From: an uncultured Halobacteriales archaeon
GTDB taxonomy: Archaea; Thermoplasmatota; E2; JACPAO01
DNA length: 53,677 nt
NCBI GenBank assembly: GCA_964451065.1
Contig: CAYVGY010000003.1
Span: 1-53,677, forward strand
Direction: 5' to 3'
Part shown: piece by piece, positions 1-8,531 of the stretch
How the letters are laid out: each line of letters starts with the position of its first letter
How positions within the stretch are numbered: the first letter of the stretch is position 1
Program-made: the position numbers and the translations under genes
Notes under the pieces: model-generated
The model's database searches: none
Told to the model about the DNA's origin: nothing
What the model saw: the letters and a program-made list of their open reading frames with translations, nothing else

Positions 1-761
1 TGGTCGAGGTCCAGCGTGACGGCGAACGCCGCGGGCTGGACGGCGATCTGGGCCTCGTTCGAATCCTTGGGGGCGCCGGCGAATTCGGCTTCACAGTCGA
101 CGTGCCAATCGCCGGCGAAGTCCGACTTGAGGATGCCGATGTCGTTCTTCGCGTAGTGGCCGGCGCTCGAGCGGGTCAGGGTCACGGTGCGGTTGAACTC
201 GAGGTCGACGCCGGACCCCAGGTCGACGTCGTAGAAGATGTCGCACTCGACGAGGTTTCCGTCCGGGTCCACGAAGACGTCGGGGTTGACCTGTTGCTTG
301 ATCTCGACTTGGGGGATGAGGACCTGGTTGCGCGAGATGGAGGTCGGCGGGTTGCACGCGGGGTTGCAAGCGAGGACGAGGCTGAACAGGTTGGGAATCC
401 GGGGGTCGAAGTCGCAGCCGCCGAGGGCGGGGATGTCGGAGTCGCGTGGAACGCCGTCGCCGTCACGGTCGTTGGGGGTGGACCGTTCCCACGTCGGGTC
501 GGAGCGTTCTTGGAGTTCCAGGAGGTTCGGGAATCCGTCGAGGTCGAGGTCGCCGTACTGCGGCGGAATGCCCGTGGAGGCGCCGCTCACGTTCTTGCCC
601 GAGACCGGTTGGTCGAGGAGCGGATCGCACTCAATGGGGCTCGCGTCTTGAAGCGGGATGGAGGGGACGAGGCCGCTTTGCGCCGAGGCCCAGCCGGTGA
701 AAAGGAACAACGTGGCCACGGTCACGGCAAGGGCTCGGCGGTAGAGTGCGGACAGCGTCAT
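1..761 (-). CDS. secreted protein with thrombospondin-type-3-like Ca-binding repeats (partial; C-terminus runs off the left edge)
   Basis: I translated the minus strand from ATG 761..759: MTLSALYRRALAVTVATLFLFTGWASAQS (signal peptide), then DLDLDGFPN and DRDGDGVPRDSD (DxDxDGxxDxxD-type) motifs. The frame stays open to position 1, so it is missing from the ORF track. Third codon positions are strongly G/C. Confidence 0.6.
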   Translation of the reverse strand, partial: MTLSALYRRALAVTVATLFLFTGWASAQSGLVPSIPLQDASPIECDPLLDQPVSGKNVSGASTGIPPQYGDLDLDGFPNLLELQERSDPTWERSTPNDRDGDGVPRDSDIPALGGCDFDPRIPNLFSLVLACNPACNPPTSISRNQVLIPQVEIKQQVNPDVFVDPDGNLVECDIFYDVDLGSGVDLEFNRTVTLTRSSAGHYAKNDIGILKSDFAGDWHVDCEAEFAGAPKDSNEAQIAVQPAAFAVTLDLD

Positions 762-970
762 TCCGGGGACCTCCCGGCGTCGGGCTTGGACGGGGCGGGC
801 GCGGATGAAGAGGGTGCGCGGCCCTTCATCGGCCCGGCGTGGCGGCCCTTCTTGAGGACGCCAAGCACCTCGAACTCAACGAGGTCGCCTTCGTCAATCT
901 CCAAGGCCTCGCGGAGGTCGTTGGGAAGTGTGACGTTGCCGCGCTCGCTGATGCGTTTAACGAATCGCAT
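758..970 (-). CDS. AbrB/SpoVT-type small DNA-binding protein
   Basis: This is the internal ATG (970..968) of track ORF 758..1105: MRFVKRISERGNVTLPNDLREALEIDEGDLVEFEV, which matches the SpoVT-AbrB swapped-hairpin pattern. Its stop TGA (760..758) overlaps the ATG (761..759) of the downstream secreted protein (ATGA coupling). Confidence 0.6.
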   Translation of the reverse strand: MRFVKRISERGNVTLPNDLREALEIDEGDLVEFEVLGVLKKGRHAGPMKGRAPSSSAPAPSKPDAGRSPE

Positions 971-1141
971 TGGCACCACCAGCCGGATACGGACCGCCCG
1001 TGTTCCTTGTGGCCTATTAAGCATTTGTGGAGTTGTTCGTCCTCTAGCCGATTCGGACACACTGAAGCCGACGAGAACAGAATTCTGCAGCATGCTGCCG
1101 GACAATTCCGTACAATGCAGCCGTGTCCAGTGGGTTGGGTC

Positions 1142-1801
1142 TCAGCTCGCCTGGGGGGTAGGTTTGGGTTGCGAATCGAGGGTGGACAGGTCAAGGAGGT
1201 CTAGGGCCTGGGAAAAAAGTCGGGCCTGCCCGGCCGGGTGGGCCAGTCCGGGATCGGCTTCCAGGAGCCGGGCCCCCAAGCGGACCATTCCGTGGTCGCG
1301 GTAGGGGACCCGGAGCTGGGTCCGCGAAGCCTTGCCGATGGCGTCCATCGCGTCTTCGAATCCCATCGAGGGCTCTGGGGGAGACGCGAAAAGGGCAGTG
1401 GAGCCGAGCGGTAGCAGGAGGCGGGGCGTGACCAACGCCGCTTCCCGGGCCTGCATGAGGAGGGTGGCGGCCGTCTCAAGGCCTGGCGTGGGAATTCCGG
1501 CAAGGGGTGGTGCGGCCTTGACGCCCTCCCACTCACGGTCGGAGAGGAGACGTTCGAGGAGGTGGGCGCCGACGCGGCGGGCGAAGGCACGGGCGGATGG
1601 CGCGGTGCGGGCGGGCGGTTCCCGGTGGACGTGGACGAGGTAGAACGTGACGTCGCTGTAGCGGGAGGCGACGCCGGCGAGGAGCGTGGAGGCAGGGCCC
1701 GGTTCGTACGCGATGGCGAAGTCGTTGGTGAGGCGGATGGCGCGTTGGAAGGCGCCCACGAGATGGTTGAGAAAGTCCTGCGCCGGGCTCCTGTCTTTCA
1801 T
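1142..1801 (-). CDS. hypothetical cytoplasmic protein (219 aa)
   Basis: Track ORF with an ATG start, a normal amino-acid composition (unlike the Arg/Pro-rich shadow frames) and a position 52 nt downstream of the membrane regulator gene. I recognise no family motif. Confidence 0.5.
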   Translation of the reverse strand: MKDRSPAQDFLNHLVGAFQRAIRLTNDFAIAYEPGPASTLLAGVASRYSDVTFYLVHVHREPPARTAPSARAFARRVGAHLLERLLSDREWEGVKAAPPLAGIPTPGLETAATLLMQAREAALVTPRLLLPLGSTALFASPPEPSMGFEDAMDAIGKASRTQLRVPYRDHGMVRLGARLLEADPGLAHPAGQARLFSQALDLLDLSTLDSQPKPTPQAS

Positions 1802-1853
1802 GCGCGCATGGGAATGGTAGCCGTGGGTTATCAGGTCGACCGGGCACCGGTCC

Positions 1854-3590
1854 CTAATGGGGCGCGGGGGAACCCGGAACGACAGGGAGGTCGTTGCCGA
1901 CGAACCCGCTCATCGGGATGCGGGGCCCGAACGCGGCGAGGTAGGCGGCGTCGAGGCCGACGTCCTGGGGGTCGACTTCGCTCCAGGCGGGTCCGGGCCG
2001 GTAGCGGACGTTGTGGCCGTCGCGGTCCTTGACGGTGAGGTTGGCGTCTTGGAGGCGCTCGACGTGCCAGTGGACGGTGGAGGGGGAGAGTTGGAACTTC
2101 TCGCTGAGTTCCTTCTGCGTGGTGCCGGGGCGTTCGAGGACAGCGCGGGCGATCCCGAACGTGGTCTCGTTGCGCAGCACGACGACGGCGTACTTGCGGC
2201 CGTTGGCGTACTTGCCGGATTCGCGGTCGAAGAAGCGCTTGTATCGGCCGTCGCGGACGCTGATGACGAGTTGGTTGCGTTCGAGGACGCGCAGGTGGTA
2301 GGCGAGGGTGGACCAGCCGAATTCGACGGTGGAGGCGAGGCGGTGCGTGCTGATGCCCGGCTCCTGCTTGATGCGTTGGTAGACGACTTCGCGGCCGTGG
2401 TGGTCGAGGACGCGTTCGCGCGGGACGCGGGCGTAGAGCGGCACGAGGAGGCCCGACAGGCCGTACTTGAGGAGGGGCCAGTAGTAGATGGCGGCGGCGA
2501 GGCTGAGCGTGGCGGCGCCGGCGCCGGCGGCGACGAGGGCGGCGCCGTTCACGTCGGTGGCGTCGGGAAGCGGGCCCAGTTGGACGAGCGCGAGGTCGCC
2601 GGCGCCAAGCCAACCGATGGCGGGCGAATCGTCGAGTTCTTTGGAGATGGTGCGGAGCCGTACGGTGCCTTGGAGGAGGACTTGGTCGCCGTCGATGCGG
2701 ACCTCGTCGGCGCCGTGGTGGATCTGTCCTTCGGCCCAGGGGAATTGGACGAAGCCGTCGAGTTCGAGGCGGAAGTCGTCGGCGTAGGCGGCCACGGGGG
2801 CGCCTGCCGCGGCCAGGGAAAAGGCGCCGTTGGTGGGCCGAACCGTGATGATGGCGATCGTTTCCTCGACGTGTTCGCCGGGGCCGGTCCAGGTCGGTGC
2901 GCCGCCGAGCGCGTCGGGGACGGGGACGCTTCCGGGGCGGGTCTCGCGCATGGCGCGGGCTTGGAAGACCTGGCCGCCGTAGGCGACGGTGGCGTCGTGG
3001 ATGGTGACCCGTTCGGGTGCGAGCGCCGCGGTGCCGTCGCCGGTGCGGGCCTCGTACGTGCCGGCCGGCAGCGCTTGGCCGGGATCGCCGAGAAGCGGGG
3101 CCGTGGACGAGGCGGAATCGAGTCGCAGGTCGTGAATGAGGGTCGTGACCTGGACGTTGGCGTGGCTCCACACCTCGCGGGGGGCGGAGGCACCGGCACG
3201 GCTTTCGAGGACAAGGCGAGCGCCCTCGCCGACGACCAAGAAATCGCTTCCGGCGTCTCGCAGGGACAAAGCCCCGGCGTCGAGCTGGTGGGAGTTCGTG
3301 GTGGTGTCGCTGTGCGCCGGGATGGCGTTTCCGGCGGCGTCGAGGTAGGAGGAGCGGGTCGTCACGACGTCCAATTGGGCCGTCGTGAACGTGAAGGTCG
3401 TCGCCGAGGGTAGGTCGCGGGCCACGACGTAGCCTTGGTCGGCGGTGGCCAGGACGGCTCCGGCGAACCGGGCGGGGATGCCGGCCGTGAAGGCGAACCC
3501 GCCCTGGTCGGCGGTCGTGGGACTGGGGAGGACGACGAGTCCAAGGAGGACGAGGACGAGGGTGGCGAGGAGGACCACGCTGCGCTGCAT
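1854..3590 (-). CDS. membrane-anchored transcriptional regulator: signal peptide, extracytoplasmic domain, TM helix, two C-terminal winged-helix (ArsR/MarR-like) domains
   Basis: The N-terminus is MQRSVVLLATLVLVLLGLVVLPSP and the TM segment is ALVAAGAGAATLSLAAAIYYW. Two wHTH-like modules follow (STHRLASTVEFGWSTLAYHLRVLERNQLVISVRDGRYKRF and TTQKELSEKFQLSPSTVHWHVERLQDANLTVKDRDGHNVRY). It is a paralogue of 6017..7570. Confidence 0.7.
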   Translation of the reverse strand: MQRSVVLLATLVLVLLGLVVLPSPTTADQGGFAFTAGIPARFAGAVLATADQGYVVARDLPSATTFTFTTAQLDVVTTRSSYLDAAGNAIPAHSDTTTNSHQLDAGALSLRDAGSDFLVVGEGARLVLESRAGASAPREVWSHANVQVTTLIHDLRLDSASSTAPLLGDPGQALPAGTYEARTGDGTAALAPERVTIHDATVAYGGQVFQARAMRETRPGSVPVPDALGGAPTWTGPGEHVEETIAIITVRPTNGAFSLAAAGAPVAAYADDFRLELDGFVQFPWAEGQIHHGADEVRIDGDQVLLQGTVRLRTISKELDDSPAIGWLGAGDLALVQLGPLPDATDVNGAALVAAGAGAATLSLAAAIYYWPLLKYGLSGLLVPLYARVPRERVLDHHGREVVYQRIKQEPGISTHRLASTVEFGWSTLAYHLRVLERNQLVISVRDGRYKRFFDRESGKYANGRKYAVVVLRNETTFGIARAVLERPGTTQKELSEKFQLSPSTVHWHVERLQDANLTVKDRDGHNVRYRPGPAWSEVDPQDVGLDAAYLAAFGPRIPMSGFVGNDLPVVPGSPAPH

Positions 3591-3613
3591 GACGGGACGT
3601 CCGGATGGCTGGC

Positions 3614-3621
3614 TTCTTAAA
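3614..3621 (-). promoter_or_regulatory. TATA-like box (TTTAAGAA on the minus strand) for 1854..3590
   Basis: An A/T octamer in a GC-rich context, ending 23 nt upstream of ATG 3590. This spacing fits a leaderless archaeal transcript. Confidence 0.4.
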
Positions 3622-3730
3622 CGGAGCCGGGTCGAACATTGATATGCTTTCTGGAGACGTTATGCAAACAATGACGGAAAGTGTTCAGTGGCCATCCATG
3701 GGGAGGGCGGGCTCCGCGGCGGATTGGCGA

Positions 3731-4513
3731 TCACTGGGGCGCCGAGGCGGCCGCTCGGGGGTGCGGAGCCCACGACGAGCTTTCTTCAAAGGGGAGGCCG
3801 AGCGCCTGCGCGGCGTCGCGCCACCGCGCCACGGGTCCGCTGGCCAAGGTTCCTTTGTGGAGGTAGACGCCGCGGGCGCCGGGGCTCTTGAGGGTCAACT
3901 CGGCGAGCATCGCTTGAGCGTCGGAGACGGCGTCGGCGGCGTGGCTGGGAACGAGGTGGGCGAAGTGGACTTGGCGCGTGAGCGCGACCTCCGTGAACCG
4001 AGGCGCGTAGTGGCCGCCGCCGAGGCCGATCACGATGGGATGTGGCGGCGGCTGGCGGGTCGCGGCCTCCAGGCAGGCGTGGGCAACGACGCTCGCTCCG
4101 TCGCGATCCGTCCATTGCGGCTCGGCGCTGCCCAGTTCCAGGAAGCAGGCGGGGACGTCCACGAGGGGGCCGTGGTGGGTGACCTCGAACGTCACCTCGG
4201 CGGCGTAGCCGGCCGCGTCGCGGTGGCGGGCCAGGGCGCGCAGGAGTTCGGTCTGGAGGGCGGCCGGCGCCGGGCTCACGCGGCCCGGCCGACCGCCGAA
4301 CTTGGCTTCGGCGAAGTTTCCCACGGGGTGGACGGTGAGGCTGGGCCGGCCCGAGGCGGCCTTGTGCTTGCTCAGGAACACGAGGACTTCCGGATCGACG
4401 CCCGCGGCCCGGAGTCCGGCCACCAGGGGCTCGGCCTCGAGGTGGAGGCGCGCGGTCCGGACCAGGCGGACGTGCGGGTGGGAGGCGAGCTCGTCCACCG
4501 GCTGCCCCTCCAC
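3731..4513 (-). CDS. dtdA: D-aminoacyl-tRNA deacylase, archaeal DtdA type (true start probably upstream, about 4612)
   Basis: Family-typical blocks are present: SKHKAASGRPSLTVHPVGN, FEVTHHGP, FLELGSAE, GLGGGHYAP. Coordinates run from the first canonical start (GTG 4513). The conserved N-terminal segment TIVLVESDPDPASGTIARAL lies upstream in frame (see findings). Confidence 0.85.
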   Translation of the reverse strand: MEGQPVDELASHPHVRLVRTARLHLEAEPLVAGLRAAGVDPEVLVFLSKHKAASGRPSLTVHPVGNFAEAKFGGRPGRVSPAPAALQTELLRALARHRDAAGYAAEVTFEVTHHGPLVDVPACFLELGSAEPQWTDRDGASVVAHACLEAATRQPPPHPIVIGLGGGHYAPRFTEVALTRQVHFAHLVPSHAADAVSDAQAMLAELTLKSPGARGVYLHKGTLASGPVARWRDAAQALGLPFEESSSWAPHPRAAASAPQ

Positions 4514-4748
4514 CGTCGCGTCCGTGGGCCGCCACTCGGCGTTGGAGCGAAGGGCGCGCGCGATGGTTCCGCTGGCCGGGTCGGGGTCCGATTCGACGAG
4601 GACGATCGTCAGGCGTGTGCCCTCCGCGGCGGCAAATGGCGCGTGCCAGTAGGCCTCGGCGGACCTGGCGCGAGCCGCATGCGGTCGACGTGAGGATGCA
4701 CCGGCGCCTTAAGCGTTCGCGGAACGGGGGCGGACCGGCGCAGAAACC

Positions 4749-5171
4749 CTAGCCGCAGTATTCGCCGAGCATGCCGAAGACCAGGTACTTGAAGCGGACC
4801 GCTTGGTCGTCCTGGCCATTGTGGTTCCCGTTGTTGCCGTTCTGGCCGCCGCCGTCGCCTTGCCGGGTGTTGCCGTCCTCGTAGGCGTGGGGGGGGTCGG
4901 CGAGTTCCAGGTAAGCGTTGGCGCCGTGGAGGTGGTCGACCAGGAAGCCGCGCACCTCGTCCACCGGCAAGGTGAATTGGACCAGTTGGCCGAGCTCGAT
5001 CGCTTCGCCCCTGTAGACCGCGTGCGGGTCGCACCCCGAGCCGGAGCCGGCGCTGGAGGGCGCTCCGCCGCCGGTCTGGCGAGCGGCCGCGGATGGAAGC
5101 AGGAGGGCAGCGGCGGCGACGGCGGCGAGCGCGAGCAGGGTCGAGGTTCGGGCGGGGGAGCGGGTTGCCAT
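4749..5171 (-). CDS. small secreted protein (140 aa)
   Basis: Signal peptide MATRSPARTSTLLALAAVAAAALLLPSAAA and a Gly/Asn-rich low-complexity tract. Its start lies 3 nt after the stop of the upstream lipoprotein gene. Confidence 0.55.
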   Translation of the reverse strand: MATRSPARTSTLLALAAVAAAALLLPSAAARQTGGGAPSSAGSGSGCDPHAVYRGEAIELGQLVQFTLPVDEVRGFLVDHLHGANAYLELADPPHAYEDGNTRQGDGGGQNGNNGNHNGQDDQAVRFKYLVFGMLGEYCG

Positions 5172-5174
5172 CGA

Positions 5175-6020
5175 TTAGGCCTCCTTCGTGGGGAAGAGCG
5201 TGTCGTGGGCGGACCATGCTTCGTCGAGGTGGGCGTACGCCTGGCCGACCCAGGGAGTCGATTCTTGGAGTTGCACGAGTCCGTCGTCGCCGGCGGCGCG
5301 CAGGACGCCGGCTTCGCTGGCCAGGCCGTCCACGCCGTAGTCCTTCGTGGCGTCGACGCGGCGGAAGCCGTCCGGGGCAGCGTACCAGTGGTGGACGCGG
5401 TGGTCCCGGTCGGCCGCGGGTTGGTCGCTCGTCGCGTACTCGAGTTGGAGGTTGTGGCCGGCGGCGGCGTAGGACCAGCTGTGGAGGTCGGCCGCGGCGG
5501 GGGCCTCGTGGCTGGATTGGGCCAGGTCCGCGGCCTCGGCGGGGGCGCCCACGAGGGCGAGCGCGCTGGCGACGTCCGCCCCGGCGCCCAGCAGGAGCAC
5601 GCTGTAGTGGGACGCGACGCCCGGTTCAGCCCACGAGGCGTCGCGGGGGGCGACGCGGGCCAGGAGGTGGAAGTAGCCGGCGTCGGGGAGGACGCGTGCA
5701 TCCGTGGCGAACCGTTCGCATTGGACGGCCTCGAAGAGGAAGGAACGGGTCTCGGCGGTGAGTCCCCCGTGGCGGAACTCAGGGGGGACGAGGCCCCGGG
5801 CGAGCTCGGCGGGTGCCTCGAACGTGCCGACGAGGCCGCGGCAACTTTCCCAGCGGATTTCCCGCGGGGCGCCCGGGGCCGGCGCGGTCTCGTCTTGCGA
5901 CGTCGCGACGTCCGGCGGCACGGGGCCGGGGTCGGCGCCCTCCGACGCGGTCGGCGCGGCGGTGAGGCAGCCGGACGCGGTCGTGGCCGCGACCAGGAGC
6001 AGGATCCATGTTGGTCTCAT
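5175..6020 (-). CDS. lipobox lipoprotein (281 aa)
   Basis: This is the internal ATG 6020..6018 of track ORF 5175..6491: MRPTWILLLVAATTASGC (lipobox). The ATG overlaps the stop TGA (6019..6017) of the regulator gene (ATGA). The longer N-terminal extension in the track would overlap that gene. Confidence 0.65.
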   Translation of the reverse strand: MRPTWILLLVAATTASGCLTAAPTASEGADPGPVPPDVATSQDETAPAPGAPREIRWESCRGLVGTFEAPAELARGLVPPEFRHGGLTAETRSFLFEAVQCERFATDARVLPDAGYFHLLARVAPRDASWAEPGVASHYSVLLLGAGADVASALALVGAPAEAADLAQSSHEAPAAADLHSWSYAAAGHNLQLEYATSDQPAADRDHRVHHWYAAPDGFRRVDATKDYGVDGLASEAGVLRAAGDDGLVQLQESTPWVGQAYAHLDEAWSAHDTLFPTKEA

Positions 6021-7570
6021 TGCGGGGTGCGTAGGACCACCTTCTTTCCGTCGCGTTCCTTGAGGATGAGGTTGCCGTGCGTGGCGCGGTCGATGAGGTT
6101 CCAGGTGCCAGAGCGCGAGAGGCCCCATTCGACGCGCAGCGATTCCACGAGGGCTCCGGCGGGCACGGGGTTCTGGCCCACGAGCTCGACGAGGCGCTGG
6201 AGCTTGGGGTCGGACTCGAGGAGGGACCGGCGCTGGAGCGCGTGCACGTCGTGCTGCATAGGGGCGTAGCGCCACGAGCCTTGGAGCTTGAAGGCGCGGA
6301 TGCGCCCATGGCGGCGTAGGACGCTCAGGTGGTAGCGGACGTTGGTCGAACTCATGCCGGTGAGTTCCTGCAAGGCGACGATCGTGGTGCCGGGGTTGGC
6401 CTGGACGGCTTCCGCGATGCGGCGGCGGCCGCCCTGTTCGAGGAGTTCGTCGGGCCGGAGTCGCGTGAACAGGAACGCGGCGAGTTTCCACAGGCCGAAG
6501 CCGAGGCCGGCGGCCACGGCGAGGCCCACCGCGACGCGGCCGGCGCCGGCCAGGGGCGTGTCGGCGGCGACGAGGGCGAAGTCGAGTCCGATGGCGTCGA
6601 AGGACCCCGCGCCCTGGGCCTCGACGTCGGTGCGGGCGCCCCTGGCGGGGTCGCCCCCTTGTGGGGTCTCGTCCAGACGGAAGTCGCCCAGGAGGGTGAG
6701 TTCCCGGCGCTCAAACGCGAGTTCCTCCCCGTTGGCCCAGGCGGTGCCTCGGGCGTCGTAGGCGGTGAAGCGTCCGTCCACGTCCATCCGGAGGTCCGCG
6801 CAGATGGTGCGCAGGCCTGCGAGGTCGGTTTCGAGGAGGACGCCTGGCACGTCGAGGAGGGCGTGGACGAGCCGTTCCTTGGTCGTCACGACGCCGGCCC
6901 CGGAGGTCTCGGTTTGGGCCTTGTACGGGGGAAGGGCTTCGCGGAAGCCGGCGCCCTCGATCGTGGCGTGCTCGAGGTAGAGGGTCGCGTCACCGGTGGC
7001 GCGCACGGCCGCGTGGTCGAGTTCGACGTCGCGGCCCCAACCGACGACGCCGGCCAAGGACTCGATGGGGCCGTCGCCGCGGTCCACCCAGAACGAGCCC
7101 ATGGGGTGGTTGCCGACGGCGGGCCCGAGGCGTGCGCCGTGGGCCGTGAACGTGACCTGGAAAGGATCCGCCGCGTCGAGGAAGGCGCCCCGTTCGAAGA
7201 GGATCGCGCGGGAGGCGTCCGGCCATGAGATGTCGAGGCCGCCAGCCGGCACGGCGACGTCGCGCACCGTCTGCTCGGCCTTCCGGTCGAGGAGGACGGG
7301 GGCCCCGGACTCGGGCGCGAGGCGCGTGGAGGTGATCTGCGTCTCATAGACGCGGAGGCGAGGTTGGGCCGAGGAGACGTGGACGGCCGCCGGAGCACCA
7401 CCCAGGAGCAGGGCGCGCCCGTCGCACGAACCCGCGAGGTCGCCCTCGACGGTGCTTCCCAATCCATACCGGAACTCGATGCGGCCCTCGGAGGCCGCGA
7501 CGGCCGGCACGGCGACCGCGACGCCGAGGAGAAGGACCAAGATGACGGAGATTGAGGCCCCCATGGTCAT
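6017..7570 (-). CDS. membrane-anchored transcriptional regulator (paralogue of 1854..3590)
   Basis: Signal/anchor MTMGASISVILVLLLGVAVAVPAVAAS and TM VAVGLAVAAGLGFGLWKLAAFLF. Two wHTH-like modules follow (TIVALQELTGMSSTNVRYHLSVLRRHGRIRAFKLQGSWRY and AGALVESLRVEWGLSRSGTWNLIDRATHGNLILKERDGKKVV). Confidence 0.7.
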   Translation of the reverse strand: MTMGASISVILVLLLGVAVAVPAVAASEGRIEFRYGLGSTVEGDLAGSCDGRALLLGGAPAAVHVSSAQPRLRVYETQITSTRLAPESGAPVLLDRKAEQTVRDVAVPAGGLDISWPDASRAILFERGAFLDAADPFQVTFTAHGARLGPAVGNHPMGSFWVDRGDGPIESLAGVVGWGRDVELDHAAVRATGDATLYLEHATIEGAGFREALPPYKAQTETSGAGVVTTKERLVHALLDVPGVLLETDLAGLRTICADLRMDVDGRFTAYDARGTAWANGEELAFERRELTLLGDFRLDETPQGGDPARGARTDVEAQGAGSFDAIGLDFALVAADTPLAGAGRVAVGLAVAAGLGFGLWKLAAFLFTRLRPDELLEQGGRRRIAEAVQANPGTTIVALQELTGMSSTNVRYHLSVLRRHGRIRAFKLQGSWRYAPMQHDVHALQRRSLLESDPKLQRLVELVGQNPVPAGALVESLRVEWGLSRSGTWNLIDRATHGNLILKERDGKKVVLRTPQ

Positions 7571-7690
7571 GCAAGCCCGCCGCTCGCGAATCCTACTGTG
7601 GCGCTCTCCGACCTATATATGTCTAGTGGAAAAGGCGCTGGATGGAGATTCCGGCGCCCTTCCTTCGTCCACTGAGAATACCAAACTCGC

Positions 7691-7698
7691 TATTATAG
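7691..7698 (+). promoter_or_regulatory. TATA-like box (TATTATAG) for 7729..8478
   Basis: An A/T octamer ending 30 nt upstream of ATG 7729, in the divergent intergenic region. A second A/T run (TATATATG, 7614..7621) faces the regulator gene. Confidence 0.35.
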
Positions 7699-7728
7699 GC
7701 CCCGCCTCCAGCCGATGTTGGGTTTCCC

Positions 7729-8478
7729 ATGGCGGCCAACAAGAACTCCAACGTTCGTTTGACAACTCCCTCTCTTTCCTTCCGTTGCGCGGTCGCGCTT
7801 CTCGGCGTCGCCGGCCTCTCCCTGGCGGCACCGGCCGCGGCCGACATCCCCCTTCCCACCGACTGGGTCGTACCCGTGAGCGACGACGCGGCCGCCACCG
7901 CGGGTTCCATCCTAGACCACGCAGAAGAGAACGCGACGGCCCTGCACGAAAGCGCGGTGAGCCTCGTCACCAAGGCCAACGAGAGCCTCAACCTCCTCGA
8001 CCCCACGGGTCCCCATTCCGTCTACGACCCCACCAACGAGGTCACGGACATGACTGGCGTCGCCCTCGACCTACCCGGCGGGCTCGCCGGCGAGGCGCTC
8101 GCGTGGCAATCCCGGAGCCAGACCTCCGTCGACGCCCAGGTGGAACAGACCCGCGTGGCCGCGTTTAGCGCCGCCGGTGCATGGACCGGACTTGCGGGCG
8201 GCACCTTCGTCGACATGAAGGCCGCCGTCGACGGCGTCGCGCTCCAAGTCGCCACCGCCGGCCTCGGCACCTGGAACACCGGATATGACCTGGCGGACGC
8301 CACGGCGGACAGCAGCATCACCCTCCTCGCCGACGCCATCCTGCCCGCCATCTGCCAAATCGTGTCCGTCTTCGGCCTCGAGGCCGCCGACCAAGGATGC
8401 GACACCGCCACCGACACCATCACTTCCACGGTGACGAACCCACTCACCAACCCTCTGGACCCCTCGCCCGACGCCTGA
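7729..8478 (+). CDS. secreted hypothetical protein (249 aa)
   Basis: Signal peptide LSFRCAVALLGVAGLSLAAPAAA and an Ala/Thr/Asp-rich mature part. It sits immediately upstream of the large surface protein. Confidence 0.55.
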   Translation: MAANKNSNVRLTTPSLSFRCAVALLGVAGLSLAAPAAADIPLPTDWVVPVSDDAAATAGSILDHAEENATALHESAVSLVTKANESLNLLDPTGPHSVYDPTNEVTDMTGVALDLPGGLAGEALAWQSRSQTSVDAQVEQTRVAAFSAAGAWTGLAGGTFVDMKAAVDGVALQVATAGLGTWNTGYDLADATADSSITLLADAILPAICQIVSVFGLEAADQGCDTATDTITSTVTNPLTNPLDPSPDA

Positions 8479-8531
8479 ACGGGCCACCGCCAACCCCCGG
8501 CCAACGTTCCCGGGAGTGTAGTTCCGCCGCC

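Noticed and set aside
50-80. GTTCGAATCC string resembling a tRNA T-loop
   Set aside because: The flanking bases cannot form a T stem or an acceptor stem, and the string lies inside a coding frame.
102-1304. 400-aa plus-strand ORF at the left edge
   Set aside because: It is antisense to the secreted-protein and AbrB-like genes. Its translation is Val/Gly/Arg/Glu-rich without features. The minus-strand frames give a signal peptide, Ca-binding repeats and an AbrB motif.
1831-3639. 602-aa minus-strand ORF (and 1857..3413 on the plus strand) overlapping the first regulator gene
   Set aside because: Its composition is extremely Arg/Pro/His-rich with no motifs. It is a typical alternative-frame shadow of a high-GC gene, whereas the 1854..3590 frame has a signal peptide, a TM helix and wHTH motifs.
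5175-6491. Long 438-aa version of the lipoprotein ORF
   Set aside because: The first 157 residues are Arg/Pro-rich and would overlap the regulator gene. The internal ATG 6020 gives a perfect lipobox signal peptide and an ATGA junction.
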